Made by a program: the position numbers and the translations under genes. From Octopus bimaculoides (lineage: Eukaryota), in contig NC_068985.1 of NCBI RefSeq assembly GCF_001194135.2, positions 1,679,622-1,743,155 of the forward strand: 63,534 nucleotides of DNA. The letters are read 5' to 3'. The notes beneath the pieces are model-generated. The model was not told the DNA's origin and made no database searches. It saw nothing but the letters and a program-made list of their open reading frames with translations. Positions 26,727 to 41,467 of the stretch are shown piece after piece. Each line of letters starts with the position of its first letter. Positions within the stretch are counted from its first letter, which is position 1.

Positions 26727-26981
26727 GTAAGATTGTATCCAGGAAAAACACTCGTGGTATGTTTCGCTTTTTAACATCACTGATCTACATAAAATGCACC
26801 ATAAATGCAGTACAGCATAAATGGCTTTAAAAATACCTTTATGGAAGTAAAATTATATTTTCCAAAATCTTTAATGCACTGTTTCAGGACCATGAGTATT
26901 GTATGAAGACTGTGTGAGAACCTTAAGATATGTGTGTGTTTGTTTGTGTGTGTATGTGTGTGTGCGTGAGTTTGTGAGTGT

Positions 26982-27073
<92 letters not shown>

Positions 27074-28629
27074 ACTGTTTGGGAGGAAATGGATGTTTGG
27101 CTGTGTTGCTTCTTATCCACCTTGTTATCTGCATCATTTGGAGACCCTCAATGGACTGAAGGCTCTTATAAAGTTATTGTGGGATTGAAGTGTTGTAGTG
27201 TTTAGCCAAATAGGACAAGGAAAATTGTTAGTCAGGGTTCTTATATATATGTACAAATATGGTGAAGGTGCATGGCTCAGGGACTAGAGTGTCAGGCTCT
27301 GGAAATATAATTCAGAGCCTTAGAGAATCTATACTAAATCTTTTAGATTATAACTTTGTATTCATAATTTTTAGATTATTACACTGTATTCATAATTCTT
27401 TCTCTCTGCATTCATTAAATTAACCTTAGATTATCTTCTTACATTCAAGGCTTTCCTCTTTAAGAAATTTATTTTTCCATTACTCTTCCCTGATATAATT
27501 TTTCCCCAGTCCTTCATTTATCTCCCTCACAAACACTTTCTCTCCCTGCTTCTAGTACTCTCTGTTTTGTTCATCTCCCTCTCTCTATCTTTCTGTCTCT
27601 CTCTCTGTCCCCTCCCCTCTCTTTCTTTCTTTGCAGCTTTCTGTCAGTTTCATCATGACAGTACCATTCACTTTCTGTTTTTTTCCTCTTTACTTTCACA
27701 ACCTTAACTCCATCATTTTCAAACTATTAGGATTCAATAACAAACTTCTTACCATTTCTTCTTTCATTACCTCTCTCTCACCCTTTCCCCTTCCTCTCCA
27801 TTTTTCCCCTGCTATCCTCTTCTCTTTGATTCTCACTCTTTCTCTCTCACTTCTCATTATGCAAAGACTTTAGCTTTCCTTAACATAACATTGAGTTGAT
27901 TAGTCATCAGACTTACATTTATATTTAAATGTTAGAATCTTAATAATTATAAGCCTTGCTTTCACTAAATTTTTATAGCTGTATATATTAATGTGTAAAT
28001 TACAAATAAAGCCATCGTTTGTTTTGAATGAATAGTAACGGGAAATTCTATGTAAACAAGGATGAACAACTCAGTTCCTTTGCCGCTATTACCGTTATCG
28101 TTAGAGTGGCAAAAGCTGGCAGAATCATTAGGATGCCTGACAAAACGCTTTGCAGCATTTCTTCCGTCTGCAAGTTCTGAATTGAAGTTTTGCCAAGGTT
28201 GACTCTGCCTTTCATCCTATTGGAAGGTCGATGAGATAAGTACCAGTCATGCACTGGGGTCAATGGGATCATCTTACCTCTTCCACAACAATCAGGCCTT
28301 GTGCCTATAATAGAAAAGATTATTATTATTAATATTTCTACTCTATATCCTGAATATGTTTTTCTTTATGTTTGTATGCACACAGGCGCACACACTCACA
28401 CACAAACACACTCACACACAAACACACACACACATACAAGTATGCATGGTGTTTAGCAAGGGGCTACATCACTGCCAGCTCTGTTTGCATCTTACTTGTA
28501 ATGATTTTCTTGATGTTTTATAAAGATTGCTTACATCGAATCTACATCAGACACCAAACAACAGGTAAAATGTCGAATATAAACAGTTTTGCTGTTCTCA
28601 TCTTAATACTTGAATCTTGTTGCTCACTC

Positions 28630-30020
28630 CCAGAGTGACATGCGGCAAGTTTTGGACATTCTCTTAACAGCATGTAGTGTATTGGGTCTAACAAAAGAAG
28701 ACAATCATAATGTCAGGTATAGCTTTCTCTGAACCAAACGTTTTTTGTGTAGAAACAGAAATTGCAAGTTACATGTGGAGGCATGCACCATTCAGGGCCA
28801 GCCCTTGGTTTGCTGGTGCCCCAGGCAAGCTGAATCTCATCATGTACAAGCTAATGGTCATGGGAGTTTCCTTGTCTTTTTCATGCCCTCCTTGGCACTC
28901 CCTAGCACATGGGGTCCCAGGCCCTTGAGTCAACCCTGGCACCGTTGCAATGTGTTGCTGTATTCCCCATTTTCCAGTCTACTCCCAGGTCCTCCCTGGG
29001 AACCTGACAAGCAGAGTCCCAGCCAGTCCCAATCTCCGTGAGAGACTTCCTCATCTGTTATACTATGTGGAGTGTGATCAACCAGTGTGAACCACTGACC
29101 CAGCTGGATCCTCAGTGACGAGAACATGGTAAGAAGGGTCTAACTCAGAAAATCGAGCAACGAGACCAAACAGTTTGAAGTTGGGCTCCAAAACCATGCA
29201 AATAATAGGATGCATTTCACTTTCTGAGTAGAATCGTTGGTTGGATATGAAATCTGACCAATGGCAACTCATAATTCTGTGAAGCATAGCAGGAATATGA
29301 ACTGCAGAATGAGGATATAGTCGTAATCTCCCTCCAAATCAAAAAAAAAAAAGACCAATGATGGATTCAGAAAATTGGTTAGATGTCTCTGGTATCAGAG
29401 TATGAAATTCCATTTGAGACAAAAGTGTGATGGTCTACAATACTTGTGTTTTATGTCTGTTGCTATATGCATGTGAGACCAGATTTGCTTACCAGAGACG
29501 TATGAAAAAGCTGAAGTAATTTCACCCCACTGTCTCCACCATATACTGACTACACACTGACAAATGTATGTAAGTGACATTGAAGTCCTTGTGTGTAGTC
29601 TATTAGGATAGAGACTCAAATATTTCAGCAATGATTATGATGGAGTAATCACGTGGTCGGGCTGGCAGATGAGCAGATCCCTAAGTAATTTTCTATTCTA
29701 ACAAGTTAGTCAAGGGCGAAAGACAAGGGTAGAAACCGAAATTAAGGTATAAGAACTGCATCAAGAACACACTGGAGAAGGTCAGAATCTTAGAAAATGG
29801 ATAAGAAAACCTTACTCTAGATCGTTCTTGTTGTGGAGGAAAGTAGTGCATGATGGGAAGAGGGAATTCTAAGGATGTTATATGAAGCATGAAAGCTCAA
29901 GGGAGATATTTGCAATGGTTTTGATGTTAATTATGTCTAAGCATATGTTGTTGCATTACACGTCTTAGTAACGAGTCTTGTCATGTCTGTGTAAGCAAAG
30001 ACAAGTTGGTAATTGTGCAT
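28630..30020 (+). mobile_element. Heavily decayed RTE-clade LINE, RT C-terminal region
   Basis: Relics ESDMRQVLDILLTACSVLGLT and ETKVMVYNTCVLCLLLYACET..KKL..FH..CLHHIL..W..YVSDIEVL resemble the post-YADD region of RTE ORF2. Confidence 0.65.
28793..28938. mobile_element. hAT-type MITE, 146 bp, nested in an RTE remnant
   Basis: Termini caggg / ccctg; 8-bp TSD gcaccatt / gcaccgtt. Confidence 0.75.
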
Positions 30021-30435
30021 TATATGGCATCTCTACTTGCAGGGATTATGGAAACGAATTTACACCAGGAGGCAGATTAAAATGCCATTACAATTTGCCA
30101 GAACAATGTTCTAGCACATCTGTACAAAAGAGTGTAACTCCAAGACAGGAGAGTGAAGCCACAGCCATGCTGCTCTCATGCTTAAGAGAACAAATTGAGT
30201 GATGGCATCACTGAAAATATTCTTTTGCTTGTGTCAGTCATTTGACTGCAGCCATGCTGGAGCACTGCCTTACAGGGTTTCAGTTGAAGAAATTGACCCC
30301 AGGATTTATTCTTTATAAGCCTAGTTCTTATTCTCTTAGTTTCTTTTGCCAAACTGCTAAGTTACAGGGACATAAACACACCAACATCGGTTGTCAAGTC
30401 ATGGTAGGGAGACAAACACAGACAAAGATACACAC

Positions 30436-30488
<53 letters not shown>

Positions 30489-32339
30489 ACGGGCTTCTTT
30501 CAGTTTCTGTCTACTGAGTCTACTCAGAAGGTTTTGGTCAGCCTGAGGCTATAGTAGAAGAAACTTGCCCTCAGTTCCACGCAGTGGGACTGAACCCAGT
30601 GCCATGTAGTTGGGAAGCAAGCTTCTTACCACACAGCCATAATAGTTTAATTTTAGTTCTTCTTGAGAGAGTTGAAGCTGGTCACAAACCAAGTTGCAAA
30701 ACTTTTTGAGTTGAGAGAATTCCAGGTATTTGTAAATAAGAGGTTGAGTTATAGACGTCGGTTGAGCCGTCAGTGCCCACAACTAAGCATGTGCATCTGT
30801 TCCTATAAAGAATCTCAGATGGAGAATCTTTGAAATATCTTACAAGTCTTCACTGTGCCACTAATAGATAACATTTGGAGAATTCACATCAGTTATATAT
30901 ATGTTTATGTATGTATGTATGCATGTATGTATGTATGGATGCATGGAAGTATGTATGTATGTATGTATGTATGTATGCATGTAAGTATGTGTGTGTGTGT
31001 GTGTGTGTGTGTGCATGTGTAGATGCATGCGTTTGTGCATAATCACATGAATACATGTATGTATTATTCTTGCTTGCAGCTGAAGATTATCTAAACAAAA
31101 AAAAAGGCTTAAGATATATCGTCAACAACATCCTAGACTAGACAAGCTACATAAATACAAAAAATTGATATCATATGAAAAATTGCACTTCTAGATTCGA
31201 GGAACCTCGCAGTCAAGTGTCAAAGGCATCATTATCCCTCCATATCCAAGTCTTGCACGTTACCACAGAGATTATGTTTGCTGTCTCGTGTTGGTTGCGA
31301 TATATTAATCAAAACTGAAGCCTCACCTTGATCAATCAAGTTGAAAACTGATACTATGGCGAGTCACTGCAACAGAAACAGTTTAAAATCTTTCAATTAA
31401 TATTCTCTCAAACACAACCTGAATGAGTTCATTCTAGCTCCAGTCAGTAAAGCTATCCTGCCCAGCATTCAAATAGATCTTCCTTTTATATATATTAATA
31501 TATTTATTATTCATCATCTCTTATAAGCCATCACTCAGTTCAGCAGTAAATTTCCATCATTTTATTGACATCTTTTTTTTTTTTAATTGTTTTTGTTGTT
31601 TCAGGTTCTATCTTACTGCTGGATGTTCCCTGTCTTATTCCTACACCCACTAAACAAGGAAGTCAGGCTAATTTTCCAAAATGTCTTATTTCTAAATCTG
31701 CATGGTATATAAAAAGCCTGTTTGCCTCCATACATCTAGATTAAATATCCAGACAATACATCCTTCCATTATCATTTTTCTTCTTTTTCTGTTGTTTTTG
31801 TGGCTTTTTAAACCTAGGTCAGCCCTTTTTTATTCAAAACTTATGATCAAAAGCTTTTTAGTCACGATCAGTCACATTATTTTCCATTGTTTTAGATATT
31901 CTGTATTCAGGACTATTTCATTCAATCATAATTGATTATTTCATCATAAGTTCGTAAAATGTGAATTGAGGGAGATTTGGCTGCTGTTTCTATCAGATTA
32001 ACTGATAGAAACAGCTTCCTTAGTGATTCACTCTTTCTGTAACTGATCAAGCATTTTATTGATCATTTGCAACTTCACATACGTGAAATTCTAAACATCA
32101 ATTTACACCACACTTCAAATTGATTTGCTACTCCTTCCTAATCAGAACCAATTTAATTTCACATAAAACACATAAAACAGTGTAACACAGATGCATAAAC
32201 TTTGTAATCCATCTTCATAAATTCTAACTTCATCTTTCAGTAAAATTTGATGTCCATCTTCCATGCTGGCAGGGTTTGGATTACCTTTTTAAATAAATAT
32301 ATGTGTGTGCATGTATGTATACATGTATGTATGCAAGTA

Positions 32340-33226
32340 TGAAGTGGTATCAAAAAGTTCCTGGACTAGTTCTGTAGCATGCCAACAGATGGCAGCACAT
32401 AGTTGTATGCACAGTGAGAGCTAGTGGTAACCTTCATGAGGTAGTGTTCTGAGTGATGTGTTTACTTCACAAGTTGTGAAATTTGTGTTGTTGTGATCCC
32501 GTGTGTCTGCTGTAGTCTGTGATTTTTGTGATGGATGGGAACAAAGAGCAAACGTGAGATTTTGCATTAGACTTGGGAAGTTTGCTACAGAGACATTGAG
32601 AATGCTTTGGCAAGCTTATGGCAATGAGGCAATGGGTCGTATGCAATGTTTCAGGGTACTCCGAAAGCAGAAGAATGTCCCTGGAAAACGATGTGCAATC
32701 TGGAAAACCTGCTACAAGCATCACTCCCGGAAATCTGATATTATGCATCAAAAATTCATCCCCCGGGGCCAGACCATCAATCAAGAGTTCTACTGTGACA
32801 TTTTGAGGGAGGACACTCAGCAAAAGTGACCGGATTTGTGGAGCCCTAAGAAATGGATTCTTCTGCAACCCTGTCATCAAGCTCTCCTCACTTAGGAGTT
32901 TCTCAACCAAAAACAACATGCTATCACTCCCCCCACCCGTACCCTAGTCACCAGATTTAGCCCCCACTTCCTTGCAGACTTCCATCTCTTCCCCAAGATG
33001 AAAATGTAGCTCAAAGGTTGTCATTGGAACACTGTAAATCACAGAAGGTCCTTGACTCACTTATGGAAAACAACTCCCAGGCTGGATTCCAAAAATGGTA
33101 GGAATGCTGGGCTCATTCTATGGCTGTGCAGGGTGACTATTTTGAAGGAGACAGTGTTAAAACTTAGGTAGATAAATTATTTTTTATTAAACATAACTAA
33201 TCTGGGAACTTTTTTATACCACCTTG
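32340..33226 (+). mobile_element. Internally deleted mariner (Tc1/mariner) transposon
   Basis: About 32-bp TIRs (tgaagtggtatcaaaaagttcctggactagtt / aactaatctgggaacttttttataccaccttg), TA on the left; transposase relics EQRANVRFCIRLGKFATETLRML, QTINQEFYCDIL and SPDLAP..DFHLFPKMK. Confidence 0.9.
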
Positions 33227-36200
33227 TGTAGGTGTATGTACATATGTAAACATGTATGTGTATAGATAGATAGATAGATAGATAGAGACACACACACACA
33301 CATATGGCCATAATACATGTGTCGTGGGGTGTAGGGCCATCTTGACAGTATTCTAGGCCCCTGGGCAAAGCAGTGCACTGGGCTCTAGTTATTGGTAGCA
33401 AGCCACAACATACATAGATCAGAACTGGTCCTCTAGAACTGCTGGGCCCCTGGGAAAATATCTGGTTTGGACATGTCTTAAGAAGCACAGAGTGTTCGTC
33501 CATGTCTGCATTTAAGTTTGGGATGAAAAAGGTGGGCTTGACTATTTTAAGCTTGCTTTATAATAAAAGTGCAATCAAGTGATAGAGTTGGTAAACTTGG
33601 CCCTCCATTTCACAGCAGAAGTGTGGAATACACACATATACACACTTTTAGTCATTTATATTTACCTTTTTGATAGGCCGTTCTATTTGTATTTTATTCT
33701 ATTTTATTCAAATATATTTTTACGTTCTGTGTTTTTATGTATTTGTATTTTTTTATGAGTTTAAGAACCCTGGTGATATTTATATATGATTAAATGTTTG
33801 AGGTATGGTGTTATATATAAAGTCATTGACTCAAATTTAATGTTTGTTCGATTACCAATGTTTCTTCATATATGCATGTATACATACACTTACACATATG
33901 CATACAAACACACCCACATAGATACATACGCCTATATGTGTGTGTATGTTAGAGTGTGCATGTGGGTGTGGGTATCAGAATGTGTCCACATCTGTATTAA
34001 TGTTTATCATATAAAATAAGCTTTCTTAGCCATTTGGTAAACACGAGTCAATAAAATATCTGCTAGGTTCACTGTGATCAGGCAAGACCTTTAACAGTTA
34101 AAGCTCAGCATTCCTACGGTCAAATGACTAGAGCCAGTAAAAGAATAAGTGAACGAGATGGTCATATCTGGAAAGCCTATGATCATAGATTTGCTGAACC
34201 AGAGGAGAACTTGGACAAAACAACAAAACAACAACAAACATATTTAACAAAACTGTTCTATTTGAGTAGTTTGTGGTGTAATTTTTCGACAAACAGGTCT
34301 ATTATCTTGAATTATATTAATTTTATTTTCAAACAATATTTGTATTCCAGGATGGGTGAATTAACAGAGAGAGTAGAATAGCATGCTGTAATCTTTATAA
34401 TAATATAAATTTGCTGCTACATGTCTCTCCATTCAAATACTTTTGTGATTAACTCAGTCTTTCATATCACTATAATCTATAATTGAATTGAAAATTATAA
34501 GCATTATATATTTATACACTTGATTCAAGTATATAGTATGTCTAGGTGGGTATGTATGTATATTATATTCATACATACATACTTATACGTATACATACAT
34601 ACATACATACATATATATNNNNNNNNNNNNNNNNNNNNNNNNNNNNNNNNNNNNNNNNNNNNNNNNNNNNNNNNNNNNNNNNNNNNNNNNNNNNNNNNNN
34701 NNNNNNNNNNNNNNNNNNNNNNNNNNNNNNNNNNNNNNNNNNNNNNNNNNNNNNNNNNNNNNNNNNNNNNNNNNNNNNNNNNNNNNNNNNNNNNNNNNNN
34801 NNNNNNNNNNNNNNNNNNNNNNNNNNNNNNNNNNNNNNNNNNNNNNNNNNNNNNNNNNNNNNNNNNNNNNNNNNNNNNNNNNNNNNNNNNNNNNNNNNNN
34901 NNNNNNNNNNNNNNNNNNNNNNNNNNNNNNNNNNNNNNNNNNNNNNNNNNNNNNNNNNNNNNNNNNNNNNNNNNNNNNNNNNNNNNNNNNNNNNNNNNNN
35001 NNNNNNNNNNNNNNNNNNNNNNNNNNNNNNNNNNNNNNNNNNNNNNNNNNNNNNNNNNNNNNNNNNNNNNNNNNNNNNNNNNNNNNNNNNNNNNNNNNNN
35101 NNNNNNNNNNNNNNNNNNNNNNNNNNNNNNNNNNNNNNNNNNNNNNNNNNNNNNNNNNNNNNNNNNNNNNNNNNNNNNNNNNNNNNNNNNNNNNNNNNNN
35201 NNNNNNNNNNNNNNNNNNNNNNNNNNNNNNNNNNNNNNNNNNNNNNNNNNNNNNNNNNNNNNNNNNNNNNNNNNNNNNNNNNNNNNNNNNNNNNNNNNNN
35301 NNNNNNNNNNNNNNNNNNNNNNNNNNNNNNNNNNNNNNNNNNNNNNNNNNNNNNNNNNATATATATATATATATATATATAAATTTGACATGGGTGATTC
35401 TTTCTTGTCTCAGGATTCATGGTCAAATGGCTGGGTGGAATTGCACAAAAAATTACGCAGATGTGTAAAATGATCCGTTGGTAATGCTGGGCTTTGTATT
35501 TTTTTCATAGCTCCTATGGTTACCGAGATAATCTACTATAATAATACTCTTGTGTTTATGAATGAGAAAAGAAGGGGTGATAGATGAATAAGGAAGGAAG
35601 GGGTGATGTCATACTCGGTAGTGGGATGATGAAAATTGTACGCTGAAAAAAATAAATCAAACAGCGTGAATATATGTGTATGTAAAAGGTGGGGGTATGC
35701 GAGTGTGTGTGTGTATGCATATGTGTGTGTGTGTGTGTCTTTGTGCATATGTGTGCATGTGCATGCGCAATGGATGTGGGATTTTTTGTGAAGTCTTTCT
35801 TTGTAGTGTTTCAGTTATTTGTTTTTCAGTTTAGATGGGTTTTTTCTTTTGGTTTTTATATTTTTTGTAATATTTCGCATTGAGATTGAGGTATTTAATG
35901 TTTTTCAGTTATAATTTTTTTGTTGTTTTCTGACCTTTGAAAATTTAAAAGATGTTTGACCTATTTTTTATTTCTTTTAGTTTTTGTTTTATATGCTACG
36001 TTTGTTTTTGTTGTTTTGCATCGTTATGTTTTTCGTCTTTGCTTAGTATTTGGGCTTATTTTTTGATTTGGTTGAATCTTGATTGTTTTTTTGTTTTTTT
36101 TTGTTGGTCAGTTATTTTTAGTGTTTTGACAGAAAAAAGTCATTCTAAAATTGTTTTTTAATGTAAGCATGCCCAAACAAGTTGAAAGCTTACACAGAAC

Positions 36201-36395
36201 AGGTTTTGCAGCCACATCAACCAAACTGATCGGGTGAAACCGGGCTTAGCTGCTAGTATATATATCCTCATCATCATCATCATCATCATCATATGTGTAT
36301 ATATATATACATATATATNNNNNNNNNNNNNNNNNNNNNNNNNNNNNNNNNNNNNNNNNNNNNNNNNNNNNNNNNNNNNNNNNNNNNNNNNNNNN

Positions 36396-36430
<35 letters not shown>

Positions 36431-36460
36431 TATGTATGTATGTATGTATGCATGTATGTA

Positions 36461-36496
<36 letters not shown>

Positions 36497-36716
36497 TGTA
36501 TGTGTGTTTGTAAACATGTAGTACCTCTGTGGTTGCTGCTTCTTTTATTGTGGAAGGAGGCACAATGAAGAGCAACTCAACCTAACTCGCTACTCTACCA
36601 AAAACAGTGCAGAAGATAAGCTCAATCACACTGAAAGGCAGTGCTCCAGCATGGCCTTGGGCTCTGGCTGAAACAGTAAAGATAAATGGTAAATGATTAA
36701 AGAAAAGAGGCATATA

Positions 36717-37105
36717 TTGGATGATGCATTTTATATGCCACCGGCACAGGGGTCAGTCAAGTGGTCCTGACATCAACCACATTCGGATAGTGTTTTTTAC
36801 GTGCCACTGGCACGGGAGCCAGTCAGTGGGTATTGGCATTGACCACATTTGGATGATGCATTTTATGTGCCACCGGCATGGGGGCCAATCAGATGGTCCT
36901 GACATCAACCACATTCAGATAGTGCGTTTTACATTCCACCGACACAAGAGCCAGTCAGGGGGAACTGGCATCGACCACATTCGGATGATGCATTGTATGT
37001 ACCACTGTCACGGGGGCCAGTCAGGTGATCCTGGCATCAACCACATTTGGATGGTGCTTTTTATGTGCCACTGAAATGGGAGCCAGTCAGGGGCCACTGG
37101 CCACA
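36717..37105. repeat. Tandem array of about six 66-bp units (SINE-C internal repeat) with A/B alternation
   Basis: (a/g)accacatt at 36775, 36841, 36907, 36973 and 37039, an exact 66-bp period. Confidence 0.92.
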
Positions 37106-39616
37106 GCTGTGATTTTGGTTTTACTTGACTCAACATATGATTATATACATACATGTATTGTCTCAAACACATTTATGTGGCTGTACTCCAGTTTTATAAT
37201 ATTCATACGGATCCTTTTTTTTCCCCTAATTGTTCTTAATATTGTTTGGAAGAATAATGTCTTCTATCTATTAAGTTTTTATATGTTTCCAGTATTACTT
37301 GAAGAGGTCATTAATGAAATTTGCAGCTGCTTTTATTGTAGGAAATAATTATAGGAGCTGTGTTGCATATGAGTGAATTCAACAGGTTAAAGTCATCTGT
37401 GAACATATTCTTTGTTGTACTTTAATAATCAATAGTTATGGCAAAATTTTAGTGACTCAACAACACCATTTTCTTATAAAATTCAATATTATTGTGTAAT
37501 CATTTACATTAAAATGTTTTCTAAAAGAACAACGATAAATTCAAATATTTACACGAAGACTATTACAGAGCATATTGATGTAACATCAATTCTAAAATCT
37601 CTTCTCAGAATAACTTTCTCAAATAAAGCACCACAAAAAGAAATTTATTGACTAAAACAATACCAGTCACTAATAGACATACAAATAATTTAGTAGAATA
37701 AACTATAGAACAGCACAAAAAACATATTCAATACAATACGTACAATAGACAAATTACTAAAGCAGTAATAAATAACTGATAAAGTGTATTCGATGAACCC
37801 AATAACACGTTGCTGATGCAATAGAGCGAGAGACCCATTAAAAACAAAAAAAATCACAAAAGAAGTCACATTAAACAAAACACAACATGCACTGCGCCCA
37901 GTCATAAGCTAACATTAATAATATAAGGCAGTGAATGTGTTTCAGATGACCAAGGTAGTTCACACATTCATCTTTAAACAAGGATGTTGTAAACTTTATG
38001 ACATCCACTCTCGTTACATTGGTCACATAATTATGATGCTTAAATCATCTGACAATAAAGCCTGAGAAAGAAAACTTTGTCATATATCATCATCATCATC
38101 ATCATCATCGTTTAACGTCCGCTTTCCATGCTGGCATGGGTTGGACGATATGGATTTAACATGACAATACAAACTTGGATAAAGATTAATTGATGGAATA
38201 ATGATCTTCTGTGAAATTCTACACTCTCTCACAAAACAATTTTCTAACAGTCATAGGGGCTATGGCATTAAAATAATACAACAAAAATTCTAACATACAT
38301 AGACGCAGGTGTGGCTGTGTGATAAGTAGCTTGCTTACCAACCACATGGTTCTGGGTTCAGTCCCACTGCATGGCACCGTCATGGGTAAGTGTCTTCTGC
38401 TATAGCCTCGGGCCGACCAAAGCCTTGTGAGTGGATTTGGTAGACAGAAACTGAAAAAAACCCGTCGTATATATATATATATATATAGATGTATATGTAT
38501 ATGTTTGTGTGTCTGTGTTTGACCCCCCCCCCCCAACGTCGCTTGACAACCCATGCTGGTGTGGTTATGTCCTTGTAACTTAGCGGTTTGGCAAAAGAAA
38601 CCGATATAATAAGTACTAGGCTTACAAAGAATAAGTCCTGGACTTGATTTGGTCAACTAAAGGTGATGCTCCAGCATGGTCGCAGTCAAATGATTGAGAC
38701 GAGTAAAAGAATAAAAGAATATATATAGATGTATGTATACAGTTTCAGACTTAGGCCCTGTGCTAGTTAAGTTATGAAGCCCCTTACTTAGACACGGCCC
38801 TTTCACCTTGGTCAATGGGGCCTTGTGCTTAAGTACACCTAAGCACAATGGTAAATTCGGTACTGTATATATATATATTGGGTCATCCCATAAATAATGC
38901 GTTTTTTTTATACGTCTTTTCATCATCATCATCGTTTAACGTCCGCTTTTCATGCTAGCATGGGTTGGACGATTTGACTGAGGTCTGGCGAACCAGATGG
39001 CTACACCAGGCTCCAGTCTGATCTGGCAGAGTTTCTACACCTGGATGCCAACCACTCCGAGAGTGTAGTGGGTGCTTTTATGTGCAACCAGCATGAGGGC
39101 CAGTCAAGTGATTCTTCAAAATTAAGATAAACTTCTTTTTTAATCTAAAATATACTCGCCTTCATATATACTCCCCCCACACACACACACGCACATGTAC
39201 ACCCACACACACACACACTTACACACACACACTTACACACACACACAAACATATACGAATGCATATAATTAACAGAATCTGTACAGATATATTTTGCAAC
39301 ATTATGTGTGTGTTTGCATGTGTGTGTATGTGTGTATGTGTGTGTGTATGTGCATGTGTGTATGTGAGTATGTGTGTGTATGTGTGTGTTTCTGATCTTT
39401 CATCGTGTTTCATCTTTTATTTGGACCGTGGCTATGCTGGAGCTCCACCTCAAAGTGTTTAGTCAAGAAAATCAACTCCAGTACTTATTTCTTTAAACCT
39501 GGCACCTATTCTATTGATTTCCTTTGCCAAACCACTAAGTCATGAGAACATTAACAAACCAGTATCAGTTGTCAAGCATTGGTGGTAACAAGCAAAGATA
39601 CACACACACACATCTA

Positions 39617-39830
39617 TAAGGCACATGGCTCAGTGGTGAGAGTTTCAGGTTCACAATCATGAGAAAGTGAGTTTGATTCCCAGACTGGGCTGTGTGTTGT
39701 GTTCTTGAGCAAGACACTTTATTTCACATTGCACCAGTTCACTCAGCTGTAGAAATGAATTGCAGCATCACTGGTGCCAAACTGTATCGGCCCCTTTACC
39801 TTTCCCTAGTGTAACATCAGTGACATGAAG
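39617..39830 (+). mobile_element. tRNA-derived SINE with CORE-like segment. Related copies at about 2540-2815 and 21575-21880
   Basis: A-box ggctcagtggt, B-box gagtttgattccc, then gtgttcttgagcaagacacttt. Confidence 0.65.
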
Positions 39831-40430
39831 TGGAGAGGCTGATATGCTGAATGTTGATTACAACCATTATCACCAGTTCTGTAAAAGCAGAAAATTTGAT
39901 GCTGAATGACATCAATAATGGATGCTGCCAAATTGCATTGAACCCAAGCATACAAAGCTGAAGCAAACCTCTCAGGCCCTGTGAAACTTTCTACTTCTTG
40001 GAGGATGACAAACAGGGCTTTTAATACAATCCCATGATCCAACTAATTAACTGGATCATATACAACATTGGGTCTTGGATGTAAAACTTGTAGTTCCATA
40101 TGATTACCTGTCATTTCAATGCAGGCTGTCACCAGGTACTAATGACAGACACTCAGTGAGTGGTACTCATGTTCTACAAGTATTTATCACTATAATCTAA
40201 AGACATACAGATGTCCCTTCATACTAACCTCATCTCTCATTCCATCTACTGAAAGTCCTGGGATGACGGAAGAGTAGCAACATGTGAAAACCTGACCAGT
40301 TGGAAGTGCAAAGTAAGTTGCAGCTTTTGTCTGTCAGCTCTGCTGCAAAGCATGCAGAACTGCAATGGGGCTGACTAGTCATCTGAAAAGCCATGGATGG
40401 AAAGTCAGTAATGCTATTAACAACGAGGAA
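39830..40430 (+). mobile_element. Decayed RTE LINE 3' end with terminal C2H2-like finger
   Basis: FVCQLCCKACRTAMGLTSHLKSH near 40327-40400 resembles the single finger that ends many RTE ORF2 proteins; upstream sequence is stop-ridden. Confidence 0.6.
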
Positions 40431-41436
40431 GCCAAAAAGAGACAGCCAACATCTGTGAAGGTGGAGCAACCACCATGTATGTATATGCATTGGTATATGT
40501 GTGTGTGTGTGTATTTGCTTGTTTATATTTGTGTTTTCCCTAAGCTTCAAACAGCAACACTACTGTTACCCTTGGCAACGAATCTCATACTTTCAAATGT
40601 GTGTGGAATAAGGAAAGCAATGCCTCAATATTCATCTAACCCATACCAGCATGGAAAAACGGTTGTAAAAGCAAAAGAAATTCATACCTGAGAGGAGCTG
40701 AATGCAGGATTTTGAAACTTATTTGTAAATAATATATTCACAGAATTCATGAGAAAAAAATGTTATTAGTTGAAGCCATGTTTCACTTTCTTTTCTGATT
40801 TTCCTGACATAAAATTCCTTTCTACAATAGGCACAAGGTCTGAAATTTGGTGGGATGGCAATAGTCAATTACATTGACCCCCAGTGCTCAACTGGTACTT
40901 ATTTAATCGACCCCGAAATAATGAAAGGTAAAGTCACCCTCAGTAGAATTTGAACTCAGAATATAAAGATGGGCAAAATGCTTAACAGCATTTTGCTCAG
41001 CATGCAACTGATTCTGCCTTTTACTGACATATTATTAAAATAAAGTATATGAGAAAATGCAGGGCTAAATATTATAAAATGGGTAGTTTTTTTTCAAAAA
41101 CTGTCAAAGAACCAGAAACATCTGCAGAGGTTTAAGAAACTGTGAGTGTAGATAAGACATTTGTTTTGCATTGAAATGGTTCAAGGCTTAATCTTTCTGT
41201 GCAGCATTTTGGCCAAGTATCTTCTTCTTTAGCCACAGGTTGACACAGATCGATGGATAAATACACAACTAAATGGTGCAGGCATAGCTGTGTAGGAAAA
41301 AGCTTGCTTCTCAACCTTATGGTTCCAGGTTCAACCCTACTACATGGCACCTTGGGCAAGTGTCTCCTACTAGCGACTCAGTCTGACCAAAACCTTCTTA
41401 GTGAATTTGGCAGACAGAAACTGAAAGAAGCCTATC

Positions 41437-41467
<31 letters not shown>

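Noticed and set aside
31605-31703. Strong acceptor ttgttgtttcag (also 31079)
   Set aside because: Several frames are plausible and none can be chosen from sequence alone; may be a terminal or UTR exon
33332-33490. hAT-like MITE
   Set aside because: Right TIR degenerate and no TSD found
34520-35473. Longest ORFs in the track (also 16743, 43329, 49659, 50852, 56677)
   Set aside because: Open only because they span N gaps
36717-37105. CRISPR-like array
   Set aside because: Contiguous 66-bp homologous units with no unique spacers, no cas genes, eukaryotic SINE context
40327-40400. C2H2 motif as a member of the expanded cephalopod zinc-finger family
   Set aside because: Single finger, no TGEKP linker or array, embedded in decayed RTE sequence
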